Below, piece by piece: positions 43,345-52,148 of a stretch of 64,000 nt of DNA (within the stretch, counting starts at the first letter, position 1; every line of letters begins with the position of its first letter). The position numbers and the translations under genes were made by a program. The notes under the pieces are model-generated. The model worked only from the letters and a program-made list of their open reading frames with translations, did no database searches and was not told where the DNA came from. Source of the stretch: an uncultured Planctomycetia bacterium (lineage in GTDB: Bacteria; Omnitrophota; Gorgyraeia; Tantalellales; Tantalellaceae); contig CAZGOZ010000001.1 in assembly GCA_964528025.1 (NCBI GenBank), positions 4,398-68,397 of the forward strand. The letters run 5' to 3'.

Positions 43345-43769
43345 TTTTCTTCCCCGGGCGAGCCCGGAACGTCTTTCTTTTCGCCGGACAACACTTTTTT
43401 TATCTGTTCAAGCAGCGCTTCGCCGCGGTATGGTTTTGCCACGTACTGTTCCGCGCCGAGCTCCATCCCGTATTCTTCGTCAAACTGGCCCCCTCGTCCG
43501 CTCAGCATGAGCACGGGGATATCTTTCATCTCCTCATCTTTCTTAAGGTTTATGAGTACGTCCCGGCCGTCCATGTCGGGCATTGCGATATCCAGTATCA
43601 CAAGATCGGGTTTTTCCTGTTTAACGACCTCTAACCCTTTCTTGCCGCCGAACGCGGATATCACCTCAAAACCCCTTTGCTCCAGAAACTCCTTTATGGT
43701 ATTAACCAGTTCTTTTTCATCGTCTATTATAACTATTCTGATTTTTGCGGCACCCTCATCCATAAACAC
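43341..43769 (-). CDS. Single-domain response regulator (receiver)
   Basis: IIDDE, PDLVILDIAMPDMDG, IPVLMLS, YVAKP. Confidence 0.93.
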   Translation of the reverse strand: MFMDEGAAKIRIVIIDDEKELVNTIKEFLEQRGFEVISAFGGKKGLEVVKQEKPDLVILDIAMPDMDGRDVLINLKKDEEMKDIPVLMLSGRGGQFDEEYGMELGAEQYVAKPYRGEALLEQIKKVLSGEKKDVPGSPGEEK

Positions 43770-43781
43770 TCCCCTTTTTAT

Positions 43782-44213
43782 TTAGGCTGTCCTATCAGGG
43801 CGTTTTGCCTGGTTAACCAAAAAAGTTTTCTGCCCGAAAATCTTATCGTTGGAGTAAATCCTGAATTCATATTTCCCCGGATGCGCAAACTTGAGAGCCC
43901 CGAGGTTAAAAACAAGATCATGGATCTCAAGAGGGCTGCAAATCCTAATTTCCTTGGGTATCTCCGCCCTGCCGATAACGGAATCATTCTCCAAATCAAC
44001 CAGTTCCAGGCAGAAACGATATTTTCCGTTCAGATCCGTGAGTTTTATATACACGGCAAGAAAATGATGCACGCACGGAAACTTGAAAGCCGAGATGTTC
44101 TCAAAAATTCCGATAAGACTTTTTTTGTTCGTGCCGGCTTCCGTTATAACTTTATCGCATACAAGCATCGCATTCACTACCGGTTTGGTAACACTCGCCA
44201 TTCGTTCCTCCAT
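43782..44213 (-). CDS. Conserved hypothetical beta-rich protein (DUF6941-like)
   Basis: CDKVITE...KKSLIGIFE...FAHPGKYEF; family name from recall, unverified. Confidence 0.65.
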   Translation of the reverse strand: MEERMASVTKPVVNAMLVCDKVITEAGTNKKSLIGIFENISAFKFPCVHHFLAVYIKLTDLNGKYRFCLELVDLENDSVIGRAEIPKEIRICSPLEIHDLVFNLGALKFAHPGKYEFRIYSNDKIFGQKTFLVNQAKRPDRTA

Positions 44214-44238
44214 ATATTTTTATATAACGAAAACCGTG

Positions 44239-44646
44239 TTAAAGCGTCGGATGTTCATCCTGCTCAAGATCCGGCGACGCCCATTTGGAATAACATTCAT
44301 CAACAACTCTGATTATTCGTTCTCTGTCTTTCTTCGTAATCTCCGAAAAAATCAACGCTACGAGAAATAGATACGGCGCCCGCAGGTCCTCAACCCGTAT
44401 CACCTCTCCCACACAACTTATGGGATCTTCTTCCGGTGAAAAGTTTACTTTGAGGTCAAGCAGCGACCCGACCTCCACTTTTTTGTTGTAATAGAAAAGC
44501 GCCCCGCCGGCCCCTATATCCAAAACGGCCACCATATCCCACCCCTCAAACGCCTTCTTGCGCCCCTTATGTTCCTTGATCTGAAACCCTATAATGAAAG
44601 GTTTTTTTACCCTCTTATATTTTCGCCGCTCTTTTCCCTTAAACAT
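44239..44646 (-). CDS. PilZ-domain protein
   Basis: ERRKYKR (RxxxR), DIGAGG, GEVIRV; start set to ATG 44646. Confidence 0.8.
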   Translation of the reverse strand: MFKGKERRKYKRVKKPFIIGFQIKEHKGRKKAFEGWDMVAVLDIGAGGALFYYNKKVEVGSLLDLKVNFSPEEDPISCVGEVIRVEDLRAPYLFLVALIFSEITKKDRERIIRVVDECYSKWASPDLEQDEHPTL

Positions 44647-44847
44647 ATCAGCATATCCCCTTTCATAAAACGAAAAACCGCATATATACAGGATAAATAC
44701 TATTATACCCGTCCGCGCCGGATATGCAAGCGTCTCCTTGCCCGCTCGTCCCGTAGCAGAACAAGAATCACCCGCCTCTCCGTCTGTCATTCCCGCGGAA
44801 ACGGGAATCCATTCGATATGAGAAATATGCAAAAAACGGCTGTTTTT

Positions 44848-44881
44848 CGTGCTCAGGGGTGTCCCCAAAAGGCATGTCCCC
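44848..44881. repeat. Direct repeat copy 1 (cgtgctcaggggtgtccccaaaaggcatgtcccc)
   Basis: Identical to 50116-50149. Confidence 0.85.
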
Positions 44882-44994
44882 CGGATGGATGTCCCCCCGG
44901 ATGGAAATAGAATTCGTAGGGGCGAATAATTATTCGCCCGTACGTCTTTTATTTTGAATTTCCCGGGAACGGAACGCTCTGGCCAGATGAAAGA

Positions 44995-45039
44995 AAAAGA
45001 AAGTAAATACTTGTATTTTCTTTCTTTTCGTGATATCCT
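44995..45039 (+). promoter_or_regulatory. TA promoter with overlapping palindromic operator
   Basis: TTGTAT-N17-TATCCT; inverted repeat aaaagaaag.aaatac / gtattt.ctttctttt. Confidence 0.55.
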
Positions 45040-45061
45040 TTAGTCAAAAGGGGGCAATAAA

Positions 45062-45301
45062 ATGACTGTACAATTATCGACCAGAATAGATTCTAAGGCA
45101 AAACAGGCGTTAGATCAGCTGCACAAGAAAACCCATGTGCCTATATGCGTTCTGACCGAAAAGGCGATCTTTTTGCTCAAGGAGAAATACGAGCGCATAA
45201 GTTCGGTGGGAAAAAAGGGCGCGGTTGATGAAGTATTTATGGGCTTACTGGACCACAGCATGAAGAAACACGATGCCACATACAAAAAACTCGCCGATTG
45301 A
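45062..45301 (+). CDS. Putative antitoxin (ribbon-helix-helix-like)
   Basis: 79 aa, VQLSTRID...LTEKAIFLL; overlaps the downstream Doc gene. Confidence 0.7.
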   Translation: MTVQLSTRIDSKAKQALDQLHKKTHVPICVLTEKAIFLLKEKYERISSVGKKGAVDEVFMGLLDHSMKKHDATYKKLAD

Positions 45302-45704
45302 GCCGGTTAAATATCTCAGATTAGAACAAGTGCTTGCCGTTCACACTACCCTTATCGAGCGCTACGGAGGAAGGCACGGCATCCGCGATAAAGGACTTGT
45401 TGAATCCGCTGTCTTTAGACCACAAACTACGGTTTTTGGCCGGGAAGCTTACCCCGATTTTTTCGGGAAATGCGCTGTCCTGGGATATTCCCTTATCCAA
45501 AACCATCCTTTCATCGACGGCAACAAGCGAACAGGTTTTGCTGCCATGCATCTTATGCTACTTATGAACGGCTATGATCTGACTTCCTCCACCACAGAGG
45601 AAGTCAAAATGGCAGAAAAAACAGCTTCCGGAAAAATGAAGGAATCTGAAATAGCCCTCTGGCTCAAAAAACACTCCAAGAAGAAAAGACCAAAGACAAA
45701 ATAA
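45273..45704 (+). CDS. doc: Death-on-curing (Doc/Fic) family toxin
   Basis: GIRDKGLVESAV, HPFIDGNKRTG motif; start uncertain. Confidence 0.9.
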   Translation: MPHTKNSPIEPVKYLRLEQVLAVHTTLIERYGGRHGIRDKGLVESAVFRPQTTVFGREAYPDFFGKCAVLGYSLIQNHPFIDGNKRTGFAAMHLMLLMNGYDLTSSTTEEVKMAEKTASGKMKESEIALWLKKHSKKKRPKTK

Positions 45705-45863
45705 TGATTACACTCCGGGTTTGTACACTCCCGGAGTGTAATTTCTGGGCCTGCTCAAAAGTGTAAAGGATGTCCCCGGGTTAAAGTGTAAAGCATGTTC
45801 CAGTTGCACAGTTCTAGATGTCCCCTGTTCTAGAAGGGGGCATGTCCCCAGTTCTAGAATATA

Positions 45864-45897
45864 CAGGGGTGTCCCCAAAAGGCATGTCCCCGGTTAT
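45864..45897. repeat. Direct repeat copy 2 (caggggtgtccccaaaaggcatgtccccggttat)
   Basis: Identical to 50122-50155; degenerate tgtcccc units at 45770-45850. Confidence 0.85.
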
Positions 45898-45913
45898 TAC
45901 ATTAGGCGGTGAG

Positions 45914-48900
45914 TTAGGCTGCGGACCTGATATTCTTTTTTATGATTCCATTCAGTATTGGGATTATATTAACATCCATTTTTCTGACGGGCAGGCGGAA
46001 CAGGAGCTCTTTGGCCAGCTGGTTAATATCCGTTGCTTTAGTCGTCCAGTCTTCTCCCGTGAGAGTCCGATAAGCGCTGAGAAGCTTATTCATATCACCG
46101 GTTTCGAGAGCCCGAAGAGCCATCATGATACCTTCAACTTGGATTATATCGCCTTCTCCATCTTTAGTGAAGGCGAGAGCTTTCATGCCTTTGGCCTGTA
46201 CCTTTTCAACAAGTTCTTTTCCAGGACAGGCAACATCAAATTGGACCTTGTAATTTTGATACTGAGATTCTATCTGCGTTTTCAATGTTTCTAATTTTTC
46301 CATAAACTCTTCCGGCTTGACTGAATCCGCCATTGAGAGTGATACTATTTTCTCGCCATATTTTTCGTCTCTCATCTCCTGCTCAAGTGTTTTAAGTATA
46401 TCCCTTTGCTGAACAGGTAGTATTGAATCTGTAACTATGTGGCAGATAATCGTCTTGTCCGGAATACTCGGGGTAAGGCTGAGGTTTTCGGTGTGTATTT
46501 TATCGGCTTTTTCTACCTCACGCGCATCGCTGGAGCATAGCAACTCTACAAGCGCCTTCGTATCTCTAAAATCGGGCCGTGTAAAGTCGGCTAAAGCCCC
46601 GAACTTCGCCGGTTCGCCTATACCCAAACCTAAAGCGCGTCTCATTGAGGTTTCTGTTTTCGCGTATTTTAAATCCTCCGGGGAGTCACCGATCATGACA
46701 ACTTGATTGCTTTTCAAGCCGTATCTCTTTTTGACGGCTTTAATAACTTCAGATTTTTTGACAGGAGACCCTATAACCCTGGAAGAAAGCGATTCGCCCT
46801 CTTTGAGCACTTTATCGCGAAGTATTTCACCTATCTCGGTCTCGCGAACCGCCACATCCAAAACGTCTTGGGTTATGCCGCTGGCGATATATATCTCAAT
46901 CCCGTTTCTTACAAGCTCTTTTATGAATTCAACTGCACCCGGTATGTACACCTTCGGCCTGCTCTGGATGTATATAATCTGCAACCCGTTGTAGGCAATA
47001 ACGAATCTCTTGGCTATATCGGGTTCGGCTTGAATGCTGTCTATCTTTTCCTGACTTAACTTGAATTTGTTCGCCAGTTTTACGGCTAACTCCGAAAGGT
47101 CTTCGTCACTATGCCCGTTCTGTTTCGCTATACCAATCAACATATGCATCTGCTCTATACAAGGCCTGCCGGTGGTCTCACCTACAAATTTGTAGCCCTC
47201 TTTCAAATCTTCTTCCTGAGACGCATCGTCAACAGTGCAATGTGTAATATACCACCAGTTTTTAGCCCACAGCTCTTTCTTCCAGCTCAATGTCTCAAGC
47301 ATAGTCCCATCCCAGTCAATAACAGCTGCTTTTACATCCGGTTTAATACGCGCGTTAGCGGTGGGATTTTTTGCCGGTGTCTGGGTATTCATCTTAGGGT
47401 GGACGGATAAATCCACCTGTTCTGCAAGCCCTATTTCTCTAATCGATTTTTCAGCTAAATTTTTTGCTCTTTGATTTGGGCGGAAAATTAAATCAAATCC
47501 TGTTTGCTCCGGTAAAGTTTCAGGAGCTACCCCTGTTAATAGCAACTGTTCAATTTGAGGATAAATTTCTCCAATTCTATTCAACAAATCTAGCGGACTT
47601 GATAAACCTAATTGGGCATAAGAAACTACACCCGCAAAGGGATAAGCTTCTTCGTCTGGCAATACTACTTCAGCTACAATTCTTTCCCTGGCCATGATTT
47701 TTATAGCTCTTAATGGTAATTTTGATGCCTCTAACTTTTTATAATGTAGTTCGTTTTCTTGCTTAAGGTCCTCAATTTGATCCTTTAGTGTCTCCGCGCT
47801 CATTTCTTTTCTCTTTGGGGGCTCAGGAGTGTGCAAAATGGTTTCTAGGTCAGTTATTAAAAATTCATTAAGCGCTATTTGTCTAGTTAGCGTAAATTCT
47901 ACTTCAACGTATTTAGCCGTTTCTTTTCGTACAAATTCAAGAAACTCTTCTGAAGTTGGGTCTACAATTCTAACACTTATCCTGCCTACAATAGGCTTAG
48001 TACTCATACCAATGCCATTCACATAGTCTCTAATTTCTAAATCAACTCCAGGCACAAAGTAAGCAAGTCTTCTGTGTTTGTCTAACACTTCATACACCTT
48101 AAGTTCTTGCTCCCTTGTCAAGTCTCCGTACAAATGGAAATTATTAGGCTCTTCCTTTATAAGCAATTCTTCTTGTACTATGCCGCTTTCATCAATGTAA
48201 AAGTTATCAATCAACTCTTCCCATAGCACACTCACATCAGATACTATTTCACTAAAATCCTCTTTTTTGACTGGAAGACTATCTCCTTTTGTACGAATTT
48301 TAAGTGAGAGCAAAGCCTCTTGAGAATCATTTACTTGACGTACCAGTCTGAAATTATAGCTACCTGTAACCCTCATCGGGGATTCTAACATCCAACCGCT
48401 TGTGTGATGATGAAAGTCGTAATAAATAAAACTGGTTGAGAATGGAGACTCTCTTTTTTCTGATTCACTTTTAAAACGCCTGGCTAGATTCACATAACGA
48501 TGCGTGACTTCCTGTAGTGTTGCCCCAAGTACATCAACATCGGAGATAGCTGCTATACCTAAAAGCTCTTTCTCTAAATCTCTGCTTCTTTGCTCAACAT
48601 CTTCATCAGGTTGACTATCAAAACTCAAATCCATATAAGCATCTGAGCTAACTTCTCCCCTAAAGGGTTTATGTTGAATAGAATACACATCCTCTAACCA
48701 ACTGGTATCCAGAGCAAGTATCGTAGCTTGTTTCTCGTCTTGCACGTCGGCTTCGGTTTCTGGCTTTGTTTGTTGTAAATGCTTTCTTAAGAGTGTTTCA
48801 TATTGTCCGGAAACTACATCATAGAATTGGTTTATCCACTTTTCGCTTTTTTCATCCAATTCATGATTCTTCTCTTTTCCCGTTGTTTCAATAAATTCTA

Positions 48901-50059
48901 TTGCTTCTAAATAATTAATTTTTTTTCTGTCGTCACTAATCAAGTTTAGATATATGCTTGCGACAATTAATCGCATTAGAACTGTTCTGTAACGTTTCCT
49001 ATCTGTTTCCTCACGAAAATAAGTTTTATTTAATCTTTGGGCAGCATTGTTAATAAGCGAAAATGTTATTGGCAAGACATTTCCGAGCGGTAATTGCGGC
49101 TCAACGAAGTCTTCACCCCAAAGAACGAAATTTCGGAATAATAATTGCGCTCTTGTACTATTAATAACACTGGCAACATCCCCGATATTTTTTCTTTCAG
49201 GGCCATTATAGAAATCTCCCCTTACAAGATTGTCTTCGCCTATAACGGTAATATCTATACCGCTTATGCCATTTCTTCCTTCACCACAATCTTTTGGGAA
49301 TATTTTCGAAAAGTTTTCAATTTCTATATGCTCCATGGACTCACATGCATTGCCTTTAACGATAATATCCAGATCAATATCATTGGGATTATCGCTCCAG
49401 AGAAAGCTTCCAAAAACTGAAATGTTTTTTATTTCGTACTGCGGATAGTGTTCTTTAAAATAATCTATAATAGATGCTGTTCTGTTCGCCAAAACGTGAC
49501 AGGAAGACAATATCTCTTCTTGTTTTTTTTGCGGATTACCTGCATAAAAGAGATTACGTTGTAGTCTTTTTCGCAACAAATCTCTGTGCTCAGCTTCAAC
49601 TTGCTCACCTGAAAAAACTTTTGCGGGAAATTCAAACTTAAAATCTATTGGCGTGGGGAATTCAACTTGCTGCTTGTTCCCGTGTAAATCATCTAAATGC
49701 TCTTTTATTACCCTTTTCACTCCACTCTGGCTCAAGCCCATCTTCTTAACTCTATCTCTCAATAGGTTGAAATATATTATTTCAGCCTCACTTTGAAAGT
49801 TGTCCCGAAAAATACTTCTGGCATCTTCATTTAGCTCGGTGATAACGACATTACCGTTTGTTGTCTTTATGTCAACTACTGGATTGAAGAGAGATTGTAT
49901 TGCCAAAGCTGAAGTAATTGGACCCTGAAGGGAGTAACCCTGCCCGGTCATAGAAAAGGCAAGAATCACTATTATTGATATTACCCGCAATAGATAATTA
50001 TGATTATGGACGTACTTACACATGTGGGTTAGCATAACAAAAGCGTTGTTAATAAGCAA
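45914..50059 (-). CDS. Large modular, putatively exported protein: Pol-beta-type nucleotidyltransferase + unknown + HAD hydrolase + C-terminal domain
   Basis: Hydrophobic RVISIIVILAFSMTG; VFGSFLWSDNPNDIDLD; HAD motifs IDWDGT, IASG, K, MIGDSPEDL; start uncertain. Confidence 0.85.
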   Translation of the reverse strand: MLINNAFVMLTHMCKYVHNHNYLLRVISIIVILAFSMTGQGYSLQGPITSALAIQSLFNPVVDIKTTNGNVVITELNEDARSIFRDNFQSEAEIIYFNLLRDRVKKMGLSQSGVKRVIKEHLDDLHGNKQQVEFPTPIDFKFEFPAKVFSGEQVEAEHRDLLRKRLQRNLFYAGNPQKKQEEILSSCHVLANRTASIIDYFKEHYPQYEIKNISVFGSFLWSDNPNDIDLDIIVKGNACESMEHIEIENFSKIFPKDCGEGRNGISGIDITVIGEDNLVRGDFYNGPERKNIGDVASVINSTRAQLLFRNFVLWGEDFVEPQLPLGNVLPITFSLINNAAQRLNKTYFREETDRKRYRTVLMRLIVASIYLNLISDDRKKINYLEAIEFIETTGKEKNHELDEKSEKWINQFYDVVSGQYETLLRKHLQQTKPETEADVQDEKQATILALDTSWLEDVYSIQHKPFRGEVSSDAYMDLSFDSQPDEDVEQRSRDLEKELLGIAAISDVDVLGATLQEVTHRYVNLARRFKSESEKRESPFSTSFIYYDFHHHTSGWMLESPMRVTGSYNFRLVRQVNDSQEALLSLKIRTKGDSLPVKKEDFSEIVSDVSVLWEELIDNFYIDESGIVQEELLIKEEPNNFHLYGDLTREQELKVYEVLDKHRRLAYFVPGVDLEIRDYVNGIGMSTKPIVGRISVRIVDPTSEEFLEFVRKETAKYVEVEFTLTRQIALNEFLITDLETILHTPEPPKRKEMSAETLKDQIEDLKQENELHYKKLEASKLPLRAIKIMARERIVAEVVLPDEEAYPFAGVVSYAQLGLSSPLDLLNRIGEIYPQIEQLLLTGVAPETLPEQTGFDLIFRPNQRAKNLAEKSIREIGLAEQVDLSVHPKMNTQTPAKNPTANARIKPDVKAAVIDWDGTMLETLSWKKELWAKNWWYITHCTVDDASQEEDLKEGYKFVGETTGRPCIEQMHMLIGIAKQNGHSDEDLSELAVKLANKFKLSQEKIDSIQAEPDIAKRFVIAYNGLQIIYIQSRPKVYIPGAVEFIKELVRNGIEIYIASGITQDVLDVAVRETEIGEILRDKVLKEGESLSSRVIGSPVKKSEVIKAVKKRYGLKSNQVVMIGDSPEDLKYAKTETSMRRALGLGIGEPAKFGALADFTRPDFRDTKALVELLCSSDAREVEKADKIHTENLSLTPSIPDKTIICHIVTDSILPVQQRDILKTLEQEMRDEKYGEKIVSLSMADSVKPEEFMEKLETLKTQIESQYQNYKVQFDVACPGKELVEKVQAKGMKALAFTKDGEGDIIQVEGIMMALRALETGDMNKLLSAYRTLTGEDWTTKATDINQLAKELLFRLPVRKMDVNIIPILNGIIKKNIRSAA

Positions 50060-50115
50060 CTTTTGAGGTTATAACACGGGTCCTCCGATGAGGGTTCGGA
50101 AAAACGGGGTATTCC

Positions 50116-50195
50116 CGTGCTCAGGGGTGTCCCCAAAAGGCATGTCCCCGGTTATGGGTTTTCCAGGGGTGTCCCCAAAAGACATGTCCCCGGTT
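50116..50195. repeat. Direct repeat copies 3 and 4
   Basis: 50116-50155 and 50164-50195 (one mismatch). Confidence 0.85.
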
Positions 50196-50528
50196 CTGGA
50201 TGTCCCCGTCCCGGACCGGACGGTCCCGGGCCGGAAATGGGGTTCCCGCCCTACCGCCGCGCGGGATCGCTTGGGGCTGTTGTTAAGAGGTAAATGTTTG
50301 TTTTGGATGTGGGGTGTTAGTATGGGGTTACTTCGATTTTCGGGGGCTGACCCCGTTTGTGTGATTTGCTTCTCTTGTATCATATGGTATAATTTAAGTA
50401 GAATACTGTGAGGGCTTATTTAGTTTGACATATGTTTTTTTCGTGGTATACTTACCGCACTTTCTTGAAAAGGCTTGGGTAATAATTTGAGATGTCAATC
50501 CCAGAATTGACTATCGCTATCAAAATTA

Positions 50529-51377
50529 TCAACCTGAGCCTTTCTCTTTTTTAGGCACCTCTTTGGATTGTTTTACATACCTGATATTAAACTTATTCCT
50601 TATTTTGACCGAAACTTTTTTAGAAGCTTCTACCCAAGTATTCACAGTTAAATCTCTTATGCCTATTTTTTTAACTAAATACTCTCTAACCAAATTTTTA
50701 TTCATAGACCCTTTGTTTTTACTTCCTTTTATTGGAAATAGATTGTTTAAAATACATCCTTGCAATAAATCGCAAACACCCATAAGCTCATATCCCTCGG
50801 CTCCAGAAACCACATCTTGTATGTGTCTTATGCGAGGTCTTGTTAAACCTTTAGAATATACATTATCTGGTATACAAAAATTTTGTTTCAAGGTATTCAT
50901 GAATTGTTTTGGATCACATCTAGACATTTTATCCAAAAAAAGTACTGCATCGTCGACTTCTCTCATTTCTTTGTTTAATAAATGCTCAGCAAGAGTACGA
51001 TAAACTCTCTGTCTTTTTATTTTATCTGGCTCTGTTGCGTCACCATATCTATGCAATTCAAGCGAATTATCCGTTCGGATTGCTACAGCAGCAAAGTAGC
51101 TATCGCTATCGATAAATTTATCAATTACTTTTTCATATACTTCTCTTGTTTTTTTTGTATAACACCAATTATATTTAATCTCTCGAAGTCGACCATTTGG
51201 TAAAATAAAATGCTCTTTCATTAGTAATTTTTTAATTTCATTAAAAAACTTTTTATGGTGGGGATTGAATAATCCTCCTAAAATAAGCCATGTATGGTTA
51301 TGGTCATATGTTTCATCTAAATATATTTTCACAATACTGCTCCCAACTTTCGCTTTATCTTTTGTGGTTTCCAGCAA
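50529..51377 (-). CDS. DUF3800-like protein (predicted RNase H-fold nuclease)
   Basis: KIYLDET...LILGG N-terminus, E-x-K, VCDLLQG; AT-rich; start uncertain. Confidence 0.7.
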   Translation of the reverse strand: MLETTKDKAKVGSSIVKIYLDETYDHNHTWLILGGLFNPHHKKFFNEIKKLLMKEHFILPNGRLREIKYNWCYTKKTREVYEKVIDKFIDSDSYFAAVAIRTDNSLELHRYGDATEPDKIKRQRVYRTLAEHLLNKEMREVDDAVLFLDKMSRCDPKQFMNTLKQNFCIPDNVYSKGLTRPRIRHIQDVVSGAEGYELMGVCDLLQGCILNNLFPIKGSKNKGSMNKNLVREYLVKKIGIRDLTVNTWVEASKKVSVKIRNKFNIRYVKQSKEVPKKEKGSG

Positions 51378-51436
51378 AACGTGTTAGACGCTTTGCCGAA
51401 ATCACGGGTCTCCCTCAGAACCTCAGCAACGCAATC

Positions 51437-51745
51437 TTAAGCCACAAGGTTTGTCTTAAGCTTTTTTCTTTTAAGCTTCCCCGTTTCCATGTGTTCATCG
51501 ATACACTCATCACATTTTGATAATCGATCAAATGCTTCTGCAATATTTTCCGCTCTGTGAGATTTTATTAATCGTACATAATCGTCATGAAACGACTCCC
51601 CCATTTTTCTCAAAAGCTCCCTGTATACATCAAGGATTCTCCCTGTCATTTGAGATAAAGAGCGATCATCACTTTCTGCTAATCGTTCCAGAAACTTTTT
51701 GCTTTCTTTCGTCAGCCTAATCTGTATTCTTTCATCTTTTTTCAT
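51437..51745 (-). CDS. Ribbon-helix-helix (Arc/CopG-like) regulator
   Basis: RIQIRLTKESKKFLERLAESDDRSLSQM; start 51745 inferred from promoter position. Confidence 0.7.
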   Translation of the reverse strand: MKKDERIQIRLTKESKKFLERLAESDDRSLSQMTGRILDVYRELLRKMGESFHDDYVRLIKSHRAENIAEAFDRLSKCDECIDEHMETGKLKRKKLKTNLVA

Positions 51746-51752
51746 AAGCTTC

Positions 51753-51780
51753 ATTGTACGCATTTGTCACCATTTGTCAA
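51753..51780 (-). promoter_or_regulatory. Promoter TTGACA-N16-TACAAT with tandem 10-bp operator-like repeats
   Basis: catttgtcac catttgtcaa at 51761-51780. Confidence 0.6.
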
Positions 51781-51801
51781 CCCCCTTCCAACCCGCCTCG
51801 A

Positions 51802-51960
51802 AGAATCCCCCGGTGCCTGCCCTTGCGGGGCTTAAATTTCCCGAACGGGCAGGGTTCCCGAAGGCCGAAAGGCCTGAGGGGGAGCGAGGGAAATTTCAGA
51901 GGTCAATTTCCTCGCTGGGGAAATTGACCGTCCCCGCGGGGGCAGGTGCCGGGGGATTCT
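51802..51960 (+). ncRNA. Candidate structured RNA of unknown family
   Basis: 29-bp closing stem whose four mismatches are all G-U on + strand; GAAA tetraloop; tandem G-A pairs. Confidence 0.45.
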
Positions 51961-52148
51961 CGTGAGGGGACAACACAAAGGGCGGGGGAACCCCGCCCCT
52001 ACGTCTTTTATTTTTGTTTTTACGTTCCCGATTCAATCGTGGGCGGACAACACAAAGGGCGGGTTTGGAACCCGCCCCTACGTCTTTTATTTTTACATTT
52101 AATCGTGGCCGGACAACAAAAAGGGCGGGCACGAGGCCCGCCCTTAGG
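51961..52148. repeat. Three tandem GTAG-type REP units
   Basis: ggacaacacaaagggcggg...cccgcccctacgtcttt repeated three times, degenerate. Confidence 0.75.

Noticed and set aside
44848-50195. Classical integron or attC array
   Set aside because: The repeats lack the RYYYAAC...GTTRRRY architecture and there is no intI in the window; kept only as cassette-like.
42202-51780. Three TTGACA promoters with 16-bp spacers suggesting a lineage-specific spacing
   Set aside because: Other candidates (ftsH, TA module, tRNA-Tyr) have 17 bp; the sample is too small and hand-picked.
51855-51880. ggccgaaaggcc next to ctgag resembling a hammerhead ribozyme
   Set aside because: The CUGAUGA core followed by stem II and GAAA is not present in the required order.
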